Virus record (IMG/VR): IMGVR_UViG_3300025137_000014
Span: 96,001 to 160,000 of that record
Direction: 5' to 3' (one strand)
Source: a virus
Length of the DNA stretch: 64,000 bases
In this document: positions 48,698 to 57,354 of the stretch, piece by piece
Layout of the letters: each line of letters begins with the position of its first letter
Numbering within the stretch: the first letter of the stretch is position 1
The notes under the pieces: generated by a model
Told to the model about the DNA's origin: nothing
Database searches by the model: none
The model's input: the letters and a program-made list of their open reading frames with translations, nothing else
Program-made: the position numbers and the translations under genes

Positions 48698-49138
48698 ATG
48701 CAAGATAAAGCTACTTTGCTTTATGAGTGGCGACAAATTAGACTAAAACTACAAGAAAACTTCTCAGAAAAGCAATTACAAGAAACTATGGATTGGTTCG
48801 CTAGTCTAAAACCAGCAGTCCATGGATTTAATTATGACGATATGTACACTTGGCCAGATATATGGGAATATATCAATGAAGGTTGGTATACACTAAGTGG
48901 AAATGGACTAGCATCTTACTATACTTTAGATTTTGCTTACCCAGATAAAGATACTCAACTTTGGTTAGTACATGATATATTATATGGAGATATGTATTTG
49001 GTTACATATATCGATGGATACATAGTCAATAGGTCAGGTGGAAAACTATGTAAGTATGAAGAAAACAAAAAAGACTTGCATATCATGAAAAAATTTGATA
49101 AAATAGAGATTATTTCGACACTTAAGGATCGGAAATAA
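48698..49138 (+). CDS. hypothetical protein
   Basis: 146 aa, in operon. Confidence 0.65.
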   Translation: MQDKATLLYEWRQIRLKLQENFSEKQLQETMDWFASLKPAVHGFNYDDMYTWPDIWEYINEGWYTLSGNGLASYYTLDFAYPDKDTQLWLVHDILYGDMYLVTYIDGYIVNRSGGKLCKYEENKKDLHIMKKFDKIEIISTLKDRK

Positions 49139-49176
49139 ATACATATATAATTAACTACATAAATACGAGAAAGCAA

Positions 49177-49482
49177 ATGTTAAAAACAAAACAATATAAA
49201 GAAGGCGATATAGTTACAATAGTAATGACTGGTGGACAGGAATTACTAGGGAAGTTTGTTAGCGAAAGCGGTACAGATTTTATCGTTAAAAAACCATTGA
49301 CTTTGGTCTTTGGTAAACAGATTTCGTTTCAACCATTCACTGTTACAGGTGATAGTGAAGGCGAAGTTGTTCTACGTGACGATAAAATAGTTTCAGTTTT
49401 GAGAACAAACAAAGAAACAACAAAGGCATACCAGTCTGCAACAAGTGGATTAGTAACGCCGGACAAAGGATTAATTACGTAA
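49177..49482 (+). CDS. Sm-like fold hypothetical protein
   Basis: GDIVTIVMTGGQELLGKFVSE..FIVKKPLTL. Confidence 0.5.
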   Translation: MLKTKQYKEGDIVTIVMTGGQELLGKFVSESGTDFIVKKPLTLVFGKQISFQPFTVTGDSEGEVVLRDDKIVSVLRTNKETTKAYQSATSGLVTPDKGLIT

Positions 49483-49787
49483 TGCCAGGAGCCGCAAGAA
49501 CAACAGATGCAACAACTAACCACCCACCATGTGGGCCTGGTAAGTGTGATATGGGGTCTGATAATGTTATTATCAATGGACTAAATGCATTTAGAGTTAC
49601 AGACAAAGATACACCGCATGGTAAACCTTTAGGTGATCCTCTAGTCTGTGTACCACATGTAACACCTCTTGTCTCAGGATCTCCAAATGTAATTGTTAAT
49701 GGTAGACAATTAGGTAGAATTGGTGACCCATTTTCATGTGGTATCGTAGTAGCATCAGGTTCGGGCAATGTCATTATAAATGGTTAG
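49482..49787 (+). CDS. PAAR-domain baseplate spike tip protein (gp5.4-like)
   Basis: GAARTTD, AFRVTD, LGRIGD repeats, metal-binding His/Cys, GSPNVIVNG. Confidence 0.85.
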   Translation: MPGAARTTDATTNHPPCGPGKCDMGSDNVIINGLNAFRVTDKDTPHGKPLGDPLVCVPHVTPLVSGSPNVIVNGRQLGRIGDPFSCGIVVASGSGNVIING

Positions 49788-49797
49788 GATTTAAATT

Positions 49798-51528
49798 ATG
49801 GCTAGTGAAGCAGAAATCGAAAGACTATATCAAGAGTTTGTAAATAGAGGTGGAGGACAATTTACGTTCTCTAACGTAAACACTACGCCTGCTCAGTATT
49901 ATAGTGCAACATCTTCTGCATCATTGACACCAGGACAACAAGCGGCTCTATTAGCAAAACAAGAACAATTTAACAGGCAATCTGCATTGTCAACTATTGC
50001 TAGTGAGTTAGCAGGAAACAATTTTTCTAATCCTTATATAGCAAGAGCCGATAATAGTACAGGTATTATTCAGAACTTTGCTTTAAATCCAACATTAGCA
50101 AACGTAACTGCATTAGCAGGTGCATTCGGTTCATTCAACGCAGTTGAACAGACAGCTATATTTGCCGGTATATTAGAACTTACTGGTGTTGATATGGGTA
50201 ATGTAATTAAAATATTAGGTATAGGTGCATTAGGACTTGCATTATTTTCTTCTTTAAAAAATCACACAGCAGGACAAATGACAGACTTGCCAAAAACTTT
50301 ATCAGATGCAAGTGCATTGGCAGGAATGAATTCACAGTTTGGTGAGCAAAAAGATAGTTGCTCATTTTTTAATGAGATACTAGGAGTATTAAGTGGAGCA
50401 TTCGATGGTTCAATGGATTTCATTGATACTGCTTTCGAAAAGTTAAATGGATTTTTACAACAAACAGGTATATCAGGAATTATAGACCAAATCACAAGTG
50501 CTATTAGTGGTGCAGGTGGAATTATAGGTGATGTAATTAATGCAGTATCAGGTATTATAAATTCAGCAACATCAGTAATCAGTGGTGTATTGGGACAGAT
50601 AGGAAGTCTAGTAGGAAAAGTTACAAATGCAATAGCAGACGTAGTAAATCAAATCGCAAAAGAGGCAGAAAAACTTTTAAATTTAGCAACAGAATTAGCT
50701 TCAAAGGCATTAGCTTTAGCAATGGCGGCCGCTTCATTAGACCCATGTCAAATGGCAGTCATACTTAATACAGGAAGTAATGATATGAAAGGCGCAGTAG
50801 ATAAACTGACACAGCCTATGGATACACTTTCTTCTATTCCGACAACAATAGATAGTAGAGCCGATGCAGGTACAGTTATGAAAACTATGGACCAAGCAAA
50901 GCAAGAGGCATCACAGGCACCAGGCGTCCCACAGTCTCCATTTACTGATACTGCTAAACTACATCAACCATTAGATGCATATTTGCATAATCTGTTTAAT
51001 GAAGTTACCGGTATATTTGGTGACACGTTTGATACGATTAAGAATGCAGTAGGTGGTTCTGTAGTTTCAACTGCATCTAGTACTGGATCACTTGCCTCAT
51101 CTTCTAATGCAAAACCTAATAAACAAACAACGACTATATCAAGCGATGCGTGGAGACAATGGCAGGGAACTTTTTCAAATACATTATTAGGATTAAAAAG
51201 AGATATCAAACATCTTAAGATGTTTATACAACAGGCTATTAATACTAAAACATTCTCTACAGAAGAATTGAAGAAACAAGCAATCATACTTTCAGAAACA
51301 TTAGCAGAAAATGAAACTGCGGTATCTGCCGAGTTAAAAAGTGCAAATAGTCAACTAGTATATGAATCAGATGGTAATAAGTTTAGAATTGATAGTTTAG
51401 AACAAAACAAACTAGCACTTTTAAATTCTAAAGTTGCACCACATACACAAAGATTAATAAATCGTGTACAAAGAAGTTACGCAGATTCAGTAACACAGTG
51501 GAATTCAATAGACCAGAATGTTAGATAA
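49798..51528 (+). CDS. probable tail/baseplate structural protein
   Basis: 576 aa Ala/Gly/Ser/Ile-rich amphipathic helical region next to PAAR. Confidence 0.5.
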   Translation: MASEAEIERLYQEFVNRGGGQFTFSNVNTTPAQYYSATSSASLTPGQQAALLAKQEQFNRQSALSTIASELAGNNFSNPYIARADNSTGIIQNFALNPTLANVTALAGAFGSFNAVEQTAIFAGILELTGVDMGNVIKILGIGALGLALFSSLKNHTAGQMTDLPKTLSDASALAGMNSQFGEQKDSCSFFNEILGVLSGAFDGSMDFIDTAFEKLNGFLQQTGISGIIDQITSAISGAGGIIGDVINAVSGIINSATSVISGVLGQIGSLVGKVTNAIADVVNQIAKEAEKLLNLATELASKALALAMAAASLDPCQMAVILNTGSNDMKGAVDKLTQPMDTLSSIPTTIDSRADAGTVMKTMDQAKQEASQAPGVPQSPFTDTAKLHQPLDAYLHNLFNEVTGIFGDTFDTIKNAVGGSVVSTASSTGSLASSSNAKPNKQTTTISSDAWRQWQGTFSNTLLGLKRDIKHLKMFIQQAINTKTFSTEELKKQAIILSETLAENETAVSAELKSANSQLVYESDGNKFRIDSLEQNKLALLNSKVAPHTQRLINRVQRSYADSVTQWNSIDQNVR

Positions 51529-52226
51529 TGATAGGCATTTTTGGTGATAGTTTCGCCCACGAATTTAATAATAAAGTAGCACCGGGTTGGCCAACCCATT
51601 TATCCAGACTATATAACGAGAAAGTTGAAAATCATAGTTGGTATGGTACCTCTTTATCTTATTCATATAGAAAATATTTAGAAACTGATGTATTGAAATA
51701 TTCTAAATTAATTTTTATATGTACTGAGCCTGGACGTCAGCATCTTATCGATACAAACGGTAAAGAATTATTATATAATAATCAGACATGGAAAACATCT
51801 TATGATTTAAATTATCATCCTGAAATGCAAGAAAAGTTTGATATAAACGAAGACGATAGTACAAACAAACAAGTGTTAAAAGCGGCAGAATTAATGAATG
51901 CATGGTTTCCTGAAACTTGGAACTTTTTAGAAGAAGTTATAAAACGTGACGTAACAAGAACACACTCTAATTCTTTAGTTATGAATATAATGGATTTATC
52001 TAATATTACAAATTTAGATGTTAATGGAAATTTAATGATTGATTACATAGAATCAAAGGAACTAGGCAGAACATGTCATTTGAGTAAGAAACAAAACGTA
52101 GAACTAGCTGGATACATTAAAAGATATTTTGATAACAGATTTGATATACATAATACTTTTAATAATGTAGAAAGATATTACACAAAAGCAAACACATTGA
52201 ATGAAGCAGGATTAATAAGAATATGA
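51528..52226 (+). CDS. SGNH hydrolase-like hypothetical protein
   Basis: IFGDSF, GWP, N.SWYGTS, TCHL motifs. Confidence 0.5.
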   Translation: MIGIFGDSFAHEFNNKVAPGWPTHLSRLYNEKVENHSWYGTSLSYSYRKYLETDVLKYSKLIFICTEPGRQHLIDTNGKELLYNNQTWKTSYDLNYHPEMQEKFDINEDDSTNKQVLKAAELMNAWFPETWNFLEEVIKRDVTRTHSNSLVMNIMDLSNITNLDVNGNLMIDYIESKELGRTCHLSKKQNVELAGYIKRYFDNRFDIHNTFNNVERYYTKANTLNEAGLIRI

Positions 52227-52849
52227 ATACAACTTGGGTATTTGGAGAATCATCTGAATTTTCTAAAAAATTGATAGAAGAAGCAAACAAAAAAGATGAT
52301 ACTGTTTGTACATTTGGTAGAAGATGTACAGACTATAAAGATATAGCATTATTTCTTAAAAAGTATTATAAAGACCAACCAACAAAAATTATTATAAATG
52401 CTAAAACTGATTTTGAATTAGAAGATACTAGGCATGCAACAGATATTACCTTTAAATATATTACACCAATACAAACTATAAGTTTTCTTGCAGACATTCT
52501 TAATTTTATAGGGGAAAAGGCATCAGCTAATAGACTGCCTGTGACAGTTGTGTATATTACAAGTTCAGCTACAACAAACAGCAATCAAAGCCGTAAGACA
52601 CTATGGCGATTAAGAGAATATATAGGGTTAAGACATATACAACAGGCGGCTATGTCAGCATGTGATACAAGATATATGCAAGTATTAGGGGTTAGTCCAT
52701 CATATATGGACAACTCAAATATTGATTTATATTCGAAACAAGTAATAGATATATTATACAATCCACCAGAAGTAAGAAGAGGATTAGCTGATTTGCATTT
52801 CCTTGATAAAGGATGGATAAGTTTATACGGATTAAAATTTCATGAGTAA
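52223..52849 (+). CDS. degenerate short-chain dehydrogenase-like protein
   Basis: WVFGESSEFS, VYITSS, YIGLR, VLGVSP. Confidence 0.5.
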   Translation: MNTTWVFGESSEFSKKLIEEANKKDDTVCTFGRRCTDYKDIALFLKKYYKDQPTKIIINAKTDFELEDTRHATDITFKYITPIQTISFLADILNFIGEKASANRLPVTVVYITSSATTNSNQSRKTLWRLREYIGLRHIQQAAMSACDTRYMQVLGVSPSYMDNSNIDLYSKQVIDILYNPPEVRRGLADLHFLDKGWISLYGLKFHE

Positions 52850-53465
52850 AGTTTGGTTATTTGGAGAAACATCTGAGTTTTCACAATCAATATTAAAAGA
52901 ATTAAAAAATAAATCAGATGATATTCAAACATTTGGTAGAAGTAATATATCTTATAATGATCCTGTTATAGAACAGATTAATCTAAGTAAATTCCCACCC
53001 GATAAAATTATTATAAATGTGAATTTAGATTGGAATAAGGGTGAAATAAAATACAGTGATAGATGGGAAAAACCTTTAACAATTATAAGTTCTATTTCAG
53101 AATTATTGAGATATTGTTATATAGAAACATCTAAAAATATAACAGTAGTATATGTAACAAGTTCAGTAACAATTCAACCATTAAATGATAAAGATTTTAT
53201 TAACTGGAAAGATTATATTTCTATACGACATACTCAGCAAGCCATGTGGTCTGCATATGATTCAAAAAAACTTAAAGTATTAGCAGTTAGTCCTGCTAAT
53301 TTAGATGATAATAATAGAAAAAAGTATGCAGAAAGATTAGTAGAAATTGCTTATAATCCACCAATAGATAGAAAATCTATAATAGATTTAAGTTGGTACG
53401 GTGGATGGAAAAACAATGGTTACGAAAAAAATGAATGGCGTAATCTTTACGAAATTGATAAATAG
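52842..53465 (+). CDS. degenerate short-chain dehydrogenase-like protein (paralogue)
   Basis: WLFGETSEFS, VYVTSS, YISIR, VLAVSP. Confidence 0.5.
   Translation: MSKVWLFGETSEFSQSILKELKNKSDDIQTFGRSNISYNDPVIEQINLSKFPPDKIIINVNLDWNKGEIKYSDRWEKPLTIISSISELLRYCYIETSKNITVVYVTSSVTIQPLNDKDFINWKDYISIRHTQQAMWSAYDSKKLKVLAVSPANLDDNNRKKYAERLVEIAYNPPIDRKSIIDLSWYGGWKNNGYEKNEWRNLYEIDK
53457..53464 (+). promoter_or_regulatory. late-type promoter motif GATAAATA, leaderless arrangement
   Basis: Encodes the DK-stop end of the upstream gene; ATG at 53470 lies 5 nt downstream. Confidence 0.6.
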
Positions 53466-53469
53466 ATAT

Positions 53470-54159
53470 ATGCGTATAGAAGAAATCATAAAATCTGTAG
53501 AAGAAGGTATTAATGACCCTCATATATTTAAAGCAGTATTCATGGCTGGCGGCCCTGGTTCAGGAAAGTCATTTGTTGCTAAAAAGTTCCTTACAGGAAC
53601 AGGTTTAAAGATGGTTAATTCAGACGAAATATTTGAACACCTAATGAATAAAAACAATTTACCATTAGAACCAGATACTATTGTTTCGCCACAAGGTAGA
53701 GAACAAAGAGATAGAGCCAAAGTACTAACACAGAAACGTAAAAATACTTATATTGATGGACGTTTGGGTTTAATTATTGACGGTACTGGCAAAGACGTAA
53801 TGAAGATTGGTAAAATTAAAGAAGAACTAGCAAAAATCGGTTATGATAATATGATGCTATTTGTTAACACAAGCGAAGAAGTAGCACAGGATCGTAATAC
53901 TCAACGTGCAAGAAGTATCCCAACAGAACTAGTAACAAAAATGTGGAAACAAGTACAAGATAACATTATGAAGTTTCAACAAATGTTTAGTGCAGGACGT
54001 TTCTTTGTTGTTGATAACTCTGGCGGATTAGAAGATCCAGAAAGAGCAGAAAATTTTACAAAAGTTAATAAGTCTATTGATAAATTTCTTATTCAACCAC
54101 CAACTAAGCGTCAAGCTAAACAGTGGATTGAAGACCAAAAAGCCAAACGTTCAAGTTAA
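53470..54159 (+). CDS. P-loop kinase (zeta toxin/AAA_33-like)
   Basis: MAGGPGSGKS, VNSDE, IIDGTG, RN..RAR lid motif; start 53470. Confidence 0.75.
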   Translation: MRIEEIIKSVEEGINDPHIFKAVFMAGGPGSGKSFVAKKFLTGTGLKMVNSDEIFEHLMNKNNLPLEPDTIVSPQGREQRDRAKVLTQKRKNTYIDGRLGLIIDGTGKDVMKIGKIKEELAKIGYDNMMLFVNTSEEVAQDRNTQRARSIPTELVTKMWKQVQDNIMKFQQMFSAGRFFVVDNSGGLEDPERAENFTKVNKSIDKFLIQPPTKRQAKQWIEDQKAKRSS

Positions 54160-54162
54160 GGC

Positions 54163-54191
54163 TTGACATTTCCCAACAAATATAGTATTAT
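54163..54191 (+). promoter_or_regulatory. sigma70-type promoter
   Basis: TTGACA-17-TATTAT. Confidence 0.8.
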
Positions 54192-54215
54192 AGTATATAA
54201 CTTTAAAGGTGAATA

Positions 54216-55070
54216 ATGGCTAATAGTGTAATCGAAAACTTTCAAAACTATCGTAAAGATATTGACATGGAGTTTATACAAAAAACTCATGTACATTACT
54301 GTACACCTTGTTATGGTGGACAAGTGACAGAACCTTACTTCCGTAGTTGGACTAGGGCACATATGATGTTTACAAAATATCAAATACCTTATTCAGTTAC
54401 AACAAGTGCAAACGAATCTTTAATATCAAGAGCAAGATGTCATATGGTAGCTTACTTTATGGCAAACCCAAAAGCAACACACATGATGTTTATTGATGCT
54501 GATATTAACTTTGATTCATTAGATATATTACATATGTTGCAACATGATAAAGACATTGTTGTAGGTGCATATCCAAAGAAAGATTTAGATTGGCGAGGAA
54601 TAGAACGTAAAGTTTTAGGAGGTCGTGCAGATACTTTGGAACAGATACAACGAGCAGGTGCCAATTATGCATTAAACTTTGATTGGGAATTACAAGAAGA
54701 TAATACACGTAAAATAAAAGCTAAAGATGGTTTAGTAAAGTTGCGTGATGCGGCAACTGGATTTATGTTGATTAAACGAGAAGTAATTGAAAAGATGATT
54801 GCCTCATATCCAGAGTTGTATTTTGAAAATGATTTAAATTTAGATGAAGAATTTGCTAAGTGGACTTATCTGTTTTTTGATTGTATGCATGAACAAGATA
54901 CTAAAAGATATCTATCAGAAGATTATGCGTTTTGTCGTAGATGGCAAGCATTAGGTGGAGAAGTTTGGTTAGACCCACTAATCAATTTAGACCATATAGG
55001 ACATTTTACTTTTTCTGGAAATGTCGGTAAAATATTTCAACACGATTCTTCAATCGAGGATGATACATAA
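54216..55070 (+). CDS. GT-A fold glycosyltransferase-like protein
   Basis: TPCYGG, ESLISRAR, MFIDADI (DxD), YLSEDYAFC. Confidence 0.75.
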   Translation: MANSVIENFQNYRKDIDMEFIQKTHVHYCTPCYGGQVTEPYFRSWTRAHMMFTKYQIPYSVTTSANESLISRARCHMVAYFMANPKATHMMFIDADINFDSLDILHMLQHDKDIVVGAYPKKDLDWRGIERKVLGGRADTLEQIQRAGANYALNFDWELQEDNTRKIKAKDGLVKLRDAATGFMLIKREVIEKMIASYPELYFENDLNLDEEFAKWTYLFFDCMHEQDTKRYLSEDYAFCRRWQALGGEVWLDPLINLDHIGHFTFSGNVGKIFQHDSSIEDDT

Positions 55071-55075
55071 GAAAT

Positions 55076-55097
55076 AAAGAGGGCCTAAGCCCCCTTT
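55076..55097. terminator. bidirectional terminator between convergent units
   Basis: aaagagggc-ctaa-gcccccttt hairpin. Confidence 0.7.
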
Positions 55098-55102
55098 AAG
55101 TT

Positions 55103-55150
55103 TTACTCACCGTTAATGAATTTTAGTTCTTCATCTGTATAAGGCCACAT
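55103..55150 (-). CDS. 15-aa peptide MWPYTDEELKFINGE
   Basis: SD-like GAGGA upstream; ends just before the terminator. Confidence 0.5.
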   Translation of the reverse strand: MWPYTDEELKFINGE

Positions 55151-55268
55151 AGTATTTTCCTCTTGTTGTTTAGTTCGTTTAGATTTTTTATCTAATATTC
55201 CTCTACCAGAGTCATCAGATAAAAATATTGTTGATATCAATAAAGTAATGACAGCCGTTTTAATGAAC

Positions 55269-55394
55269 TTAGGCTATCTCCTGGTCATCACACATCAAAC
55301 TTTTTGCTTGTTTGTGATAACCTTGTCTTGCTAATTCACTTGCCGCTCTCATACGACCAATATGTTCAAACCATATCATAAATCTTTTAAACAT
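55269..55394 (-). CDS. 41-aa small protein
   Basis: MFKRFMIWFEHIGRMRAASELARQGYHKQAKSLM...; TAATG overlap with upstream gene. Confidence 0.75.
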   Translation of the reverse strand: MFKRFMIWFEHIGRMRAASELARQGYHKQAKSLMCDDQEIA

Positions 55395-55546
55395 TACACC
55401 CACCCTTTTAAATTCTTATTCATTAAAACTCTTTGTCTGCGTTCTAAATCTTGCAAATCATGTGAGTTTGCAAGGTAATCATACTCTATTTGTGCCTGTG
55501 TTCTAGGTCTTATTACATTCCATACTTTTTTTACTAACTTAATCAT
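55394..55546 (-). CDS. 50-aa small protein, DUF3563-like
   Basis: YDYLANSHDLQDLERRQR motif; TAATG overlaps on both sides. Confidence 0.75.
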   Translation of the reverse strand: MIKLVKKVWNVIRPRTQAQIEYDYLANSHDLQDLERRQRVLMNKNLKGWV

Positions 55547-55743
55547 TAATTTCTTTTCGCCTTTACATTATTGTGCACCGCACCGATATTCTTTGGTCCA
55601 ACACCTGTTTGGATCATTGTGTCATAGGCATATTGCCAATCTTTTTTGTACTCTGTTTTAGCCCATGTTTCGAATTCTGCTTCTCTACGACCTGGTCGGG
55701 CCGCAAAAACACTCATAAGGCCATTGAAAAAATTCAACGTCAT
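55546..55743 (-). CDS. 65-aa small protein
   Basis: SD GGAG; WAKTEYKKDWQYAY. Confidence 0.7.
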   Translation of the reverse strand: MTLNFFNGLMSVFAARPGRREAEFETWAKTEYKKDWQYAYDTMIQTGVGPKNIGAVHNNVKAKRN

Positions 55744-55864
55744 TTTACGTTCTCCGTATTAAATAAATTTTTGTTATGCTTGAGGACAGCAATACCCTGA
55801 GTCTTTTCTCAGTGTCAACGGTCTTTCCCAGTCGCCAATACAAAATAGAACTTTTGTATCACTT

Positions 55865-55880
55865 ATATTTATATAAATAT
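55865..55880. promoter_or_regulatory. perfect 16-bp palindrome carrying TATAAATA on both strands
   Basis: atatttatataaatat. Confidence 0.55.
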
Positions 55881-55988
55881 AACAGAAAAAACAAGGGAAA
55901 TACAGTGTTTTTTAGACATTCCCGGTATGTCTAAAATGCAGGGCTTGTATATAAGTTGCATAACTTCACAACATAGTCAAAATAGCTA

Positions 55989-56017
55989 TTGATTTATTGT
56001 ATTAAATGTGTTATCAT
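55989..56017 (+). promoter_or_regulatory. sigma70-type promoter
   Basis: TTGATT-17-TATCAT with TGn extended -10. Confidence 0.6.
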
Positions 56018-56047
56018 TGTTATGTAATATTACAAAAAGGAGATATA

Positions 56048-56332
56048 ATGCCAAAAGTTTTGTGTGCAAAATATAATGAAGAATTACCCGGATTAGAAAA
56101 GGCACCTTTTCCTGGAGAAGCAGGAAAACGGGTACTAGAAAATGTTTCAGAAAAAGCATGGAATGAATGGTTAAATTTTCAAACTATTCTTATTAATGAA
56201 AATAGATTAAACCTAATGGACGAAGGCGCTAGAAAGTTCTTATCAGATAATAGAGATAAATTCTTATATGAGCCTGGTGAACTTGCAATGCCTGAGGCTT
56301 ATAGAGATCCTAATATTCCTGATTTGAGATAG
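56048..56332 (+). CDS. yggX: Fe(II)-trafficking / oxidative damage protection protein
   Basis: VLCAKY..LPGL..PFPGEAGKRV.ENVSEKAWNEW..Q..LINENRLN; SD AGGAG. Confidence 0.9.
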   Translation: MPKVLCAKYNEELPGLEKAPFPGEAGKRVLENVSEKAWNEWLNFQTILINENRLNLMDEGARKFLSDNRDKFLYEPGELAMPEAYRDPNIPDLR

Positions 56333-56344
56333 AAAGAAAGTAAA

Positions 56345-56956
56345 ATGCATTTAAGTATTATTAATAAAGATTATCCTGTATGGGAATTAACTGAATTTGA
56401 TTTGCCAGAATTAGCGACAGACAGTCTATTAGATACTAGTGTAGCAAATGTGTTACAAAATAATAGTAAACGTGAACCTAATCATTTAGATTGGGATAAT
56501 CCAACTCACTTTCATTTTAAAGAACGTTGGTTTACACATACTAATAAAATACAGAAGTATTTAAAGTCTGAACGTGCATATGAAGAATGTACTGAACTAT
56601 TACATATGTGGCCTAATAGATTTGAAAGGTTTGAATGGGGACAGGGTGAAAAGTCAATACAAATAATTCATGATAGGTCTGGATTTAAAATGACACCTCA
56701 CATAGATAATAGAATGGTTATTGGAGTAGTAATTATTAATTTGCAAGATAACCCAAAAGATTCGGGAACTACATTTCATAAAGAACCAATAGTTTCTAGT
56801 CCATGGTATAACGGACCAACAAAAAAGGGAACAGGTGTATTCTTTTTAAATAATTGGAATTCGTGGCACAGTATTGAAAACAACGGTGATGATAGACTTA
56901 TTGCTTATGATGTAATGCCTTTAAGTAATATGTTTTCTGGACCATTCTCAGGATGA
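56345..56956 (+). CDS. 2OG-Fe(II) oxygenase
   Basis: PHIDN, SGTTF, GTGVFF, SWHSI, R motifs. Confidence 0.7.
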   Translation: MHLSIINKDYPVWELTEFDLPELATDSLLDTSVANVLQNNSKREPNHLDWDNPTHFHFKERWFTHTNKIQKYLKSERAYEECTELLHMWPNRFERFEWGQGEKSIQIIHDRSGFKMTPHIDNRMVIGVVIINLQDNPKDSGTTFHKEPIVSSPWYNGPTKKGTGVFFLNNWNSWHSIENNGDDRLIAYDVMPLSNMFSGPFSG

Positions 56957-57354
56957 AGAAATTAGTTTGGAAAGTACATCTAACAGCATCAGATGTTAAT
57001 GCTGGTGGGACAGTTAGTGGTGGTAGATTATTTGATATGGCAGATGTTTCTGCTTATACAATGATTAATGAAACGTTTACTAGTATTAGACCAGATTTGT
57101 CAGTTGTAACAAATGGTGCAAATGTAAAATTTATTGCGCCTGCACATGCTTATGGATTTGTAGAATCTTTTGCAGAAATAGTTGAAGTTACTCCCGCAAA
57201 GATAAATGTACTTATTACTATGAATTATAGACAAAATAAAAATTTAGATTGGTATAAATGTTTTGAGGGCATATTCAGTTTCACTTGTTTAAATGCTGAT
57301 ACTCGTAAAGTTTATAAAATGACAAAAGAGGATATGAATGAAATTCAAAGCTAA
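56953..57354 (+). CDS. hotdog-fold acyl-CoA thioesterase (YciA-like)
   Basis: DVNAGGTVSGGRLFDMADVSA, VKFIAP. Confidence 0.8.
   Translation: MKKLVWKVHLTASDVNAGGTVSGGRLFDMADVSAYTMINETFTSIRPDLSVVTNGANVKFIAPAHAYGFVESFAEIVEVTPAKINVLITMNYRQNKNLDWYKCFEGIFSFTCLNADTRKVYKMTKEDMNEIQS

Noticed and set aside
55151-55272. In-frame open stretch upstream of the MWPYTDEEL peptide, with a hydrophobic segment
   Set aside because: Closed by an upstream TAG and lacks an ATG start, whereas an SD-like GAGGA precedes ATG 55150. A TTG start cannot be excluded.
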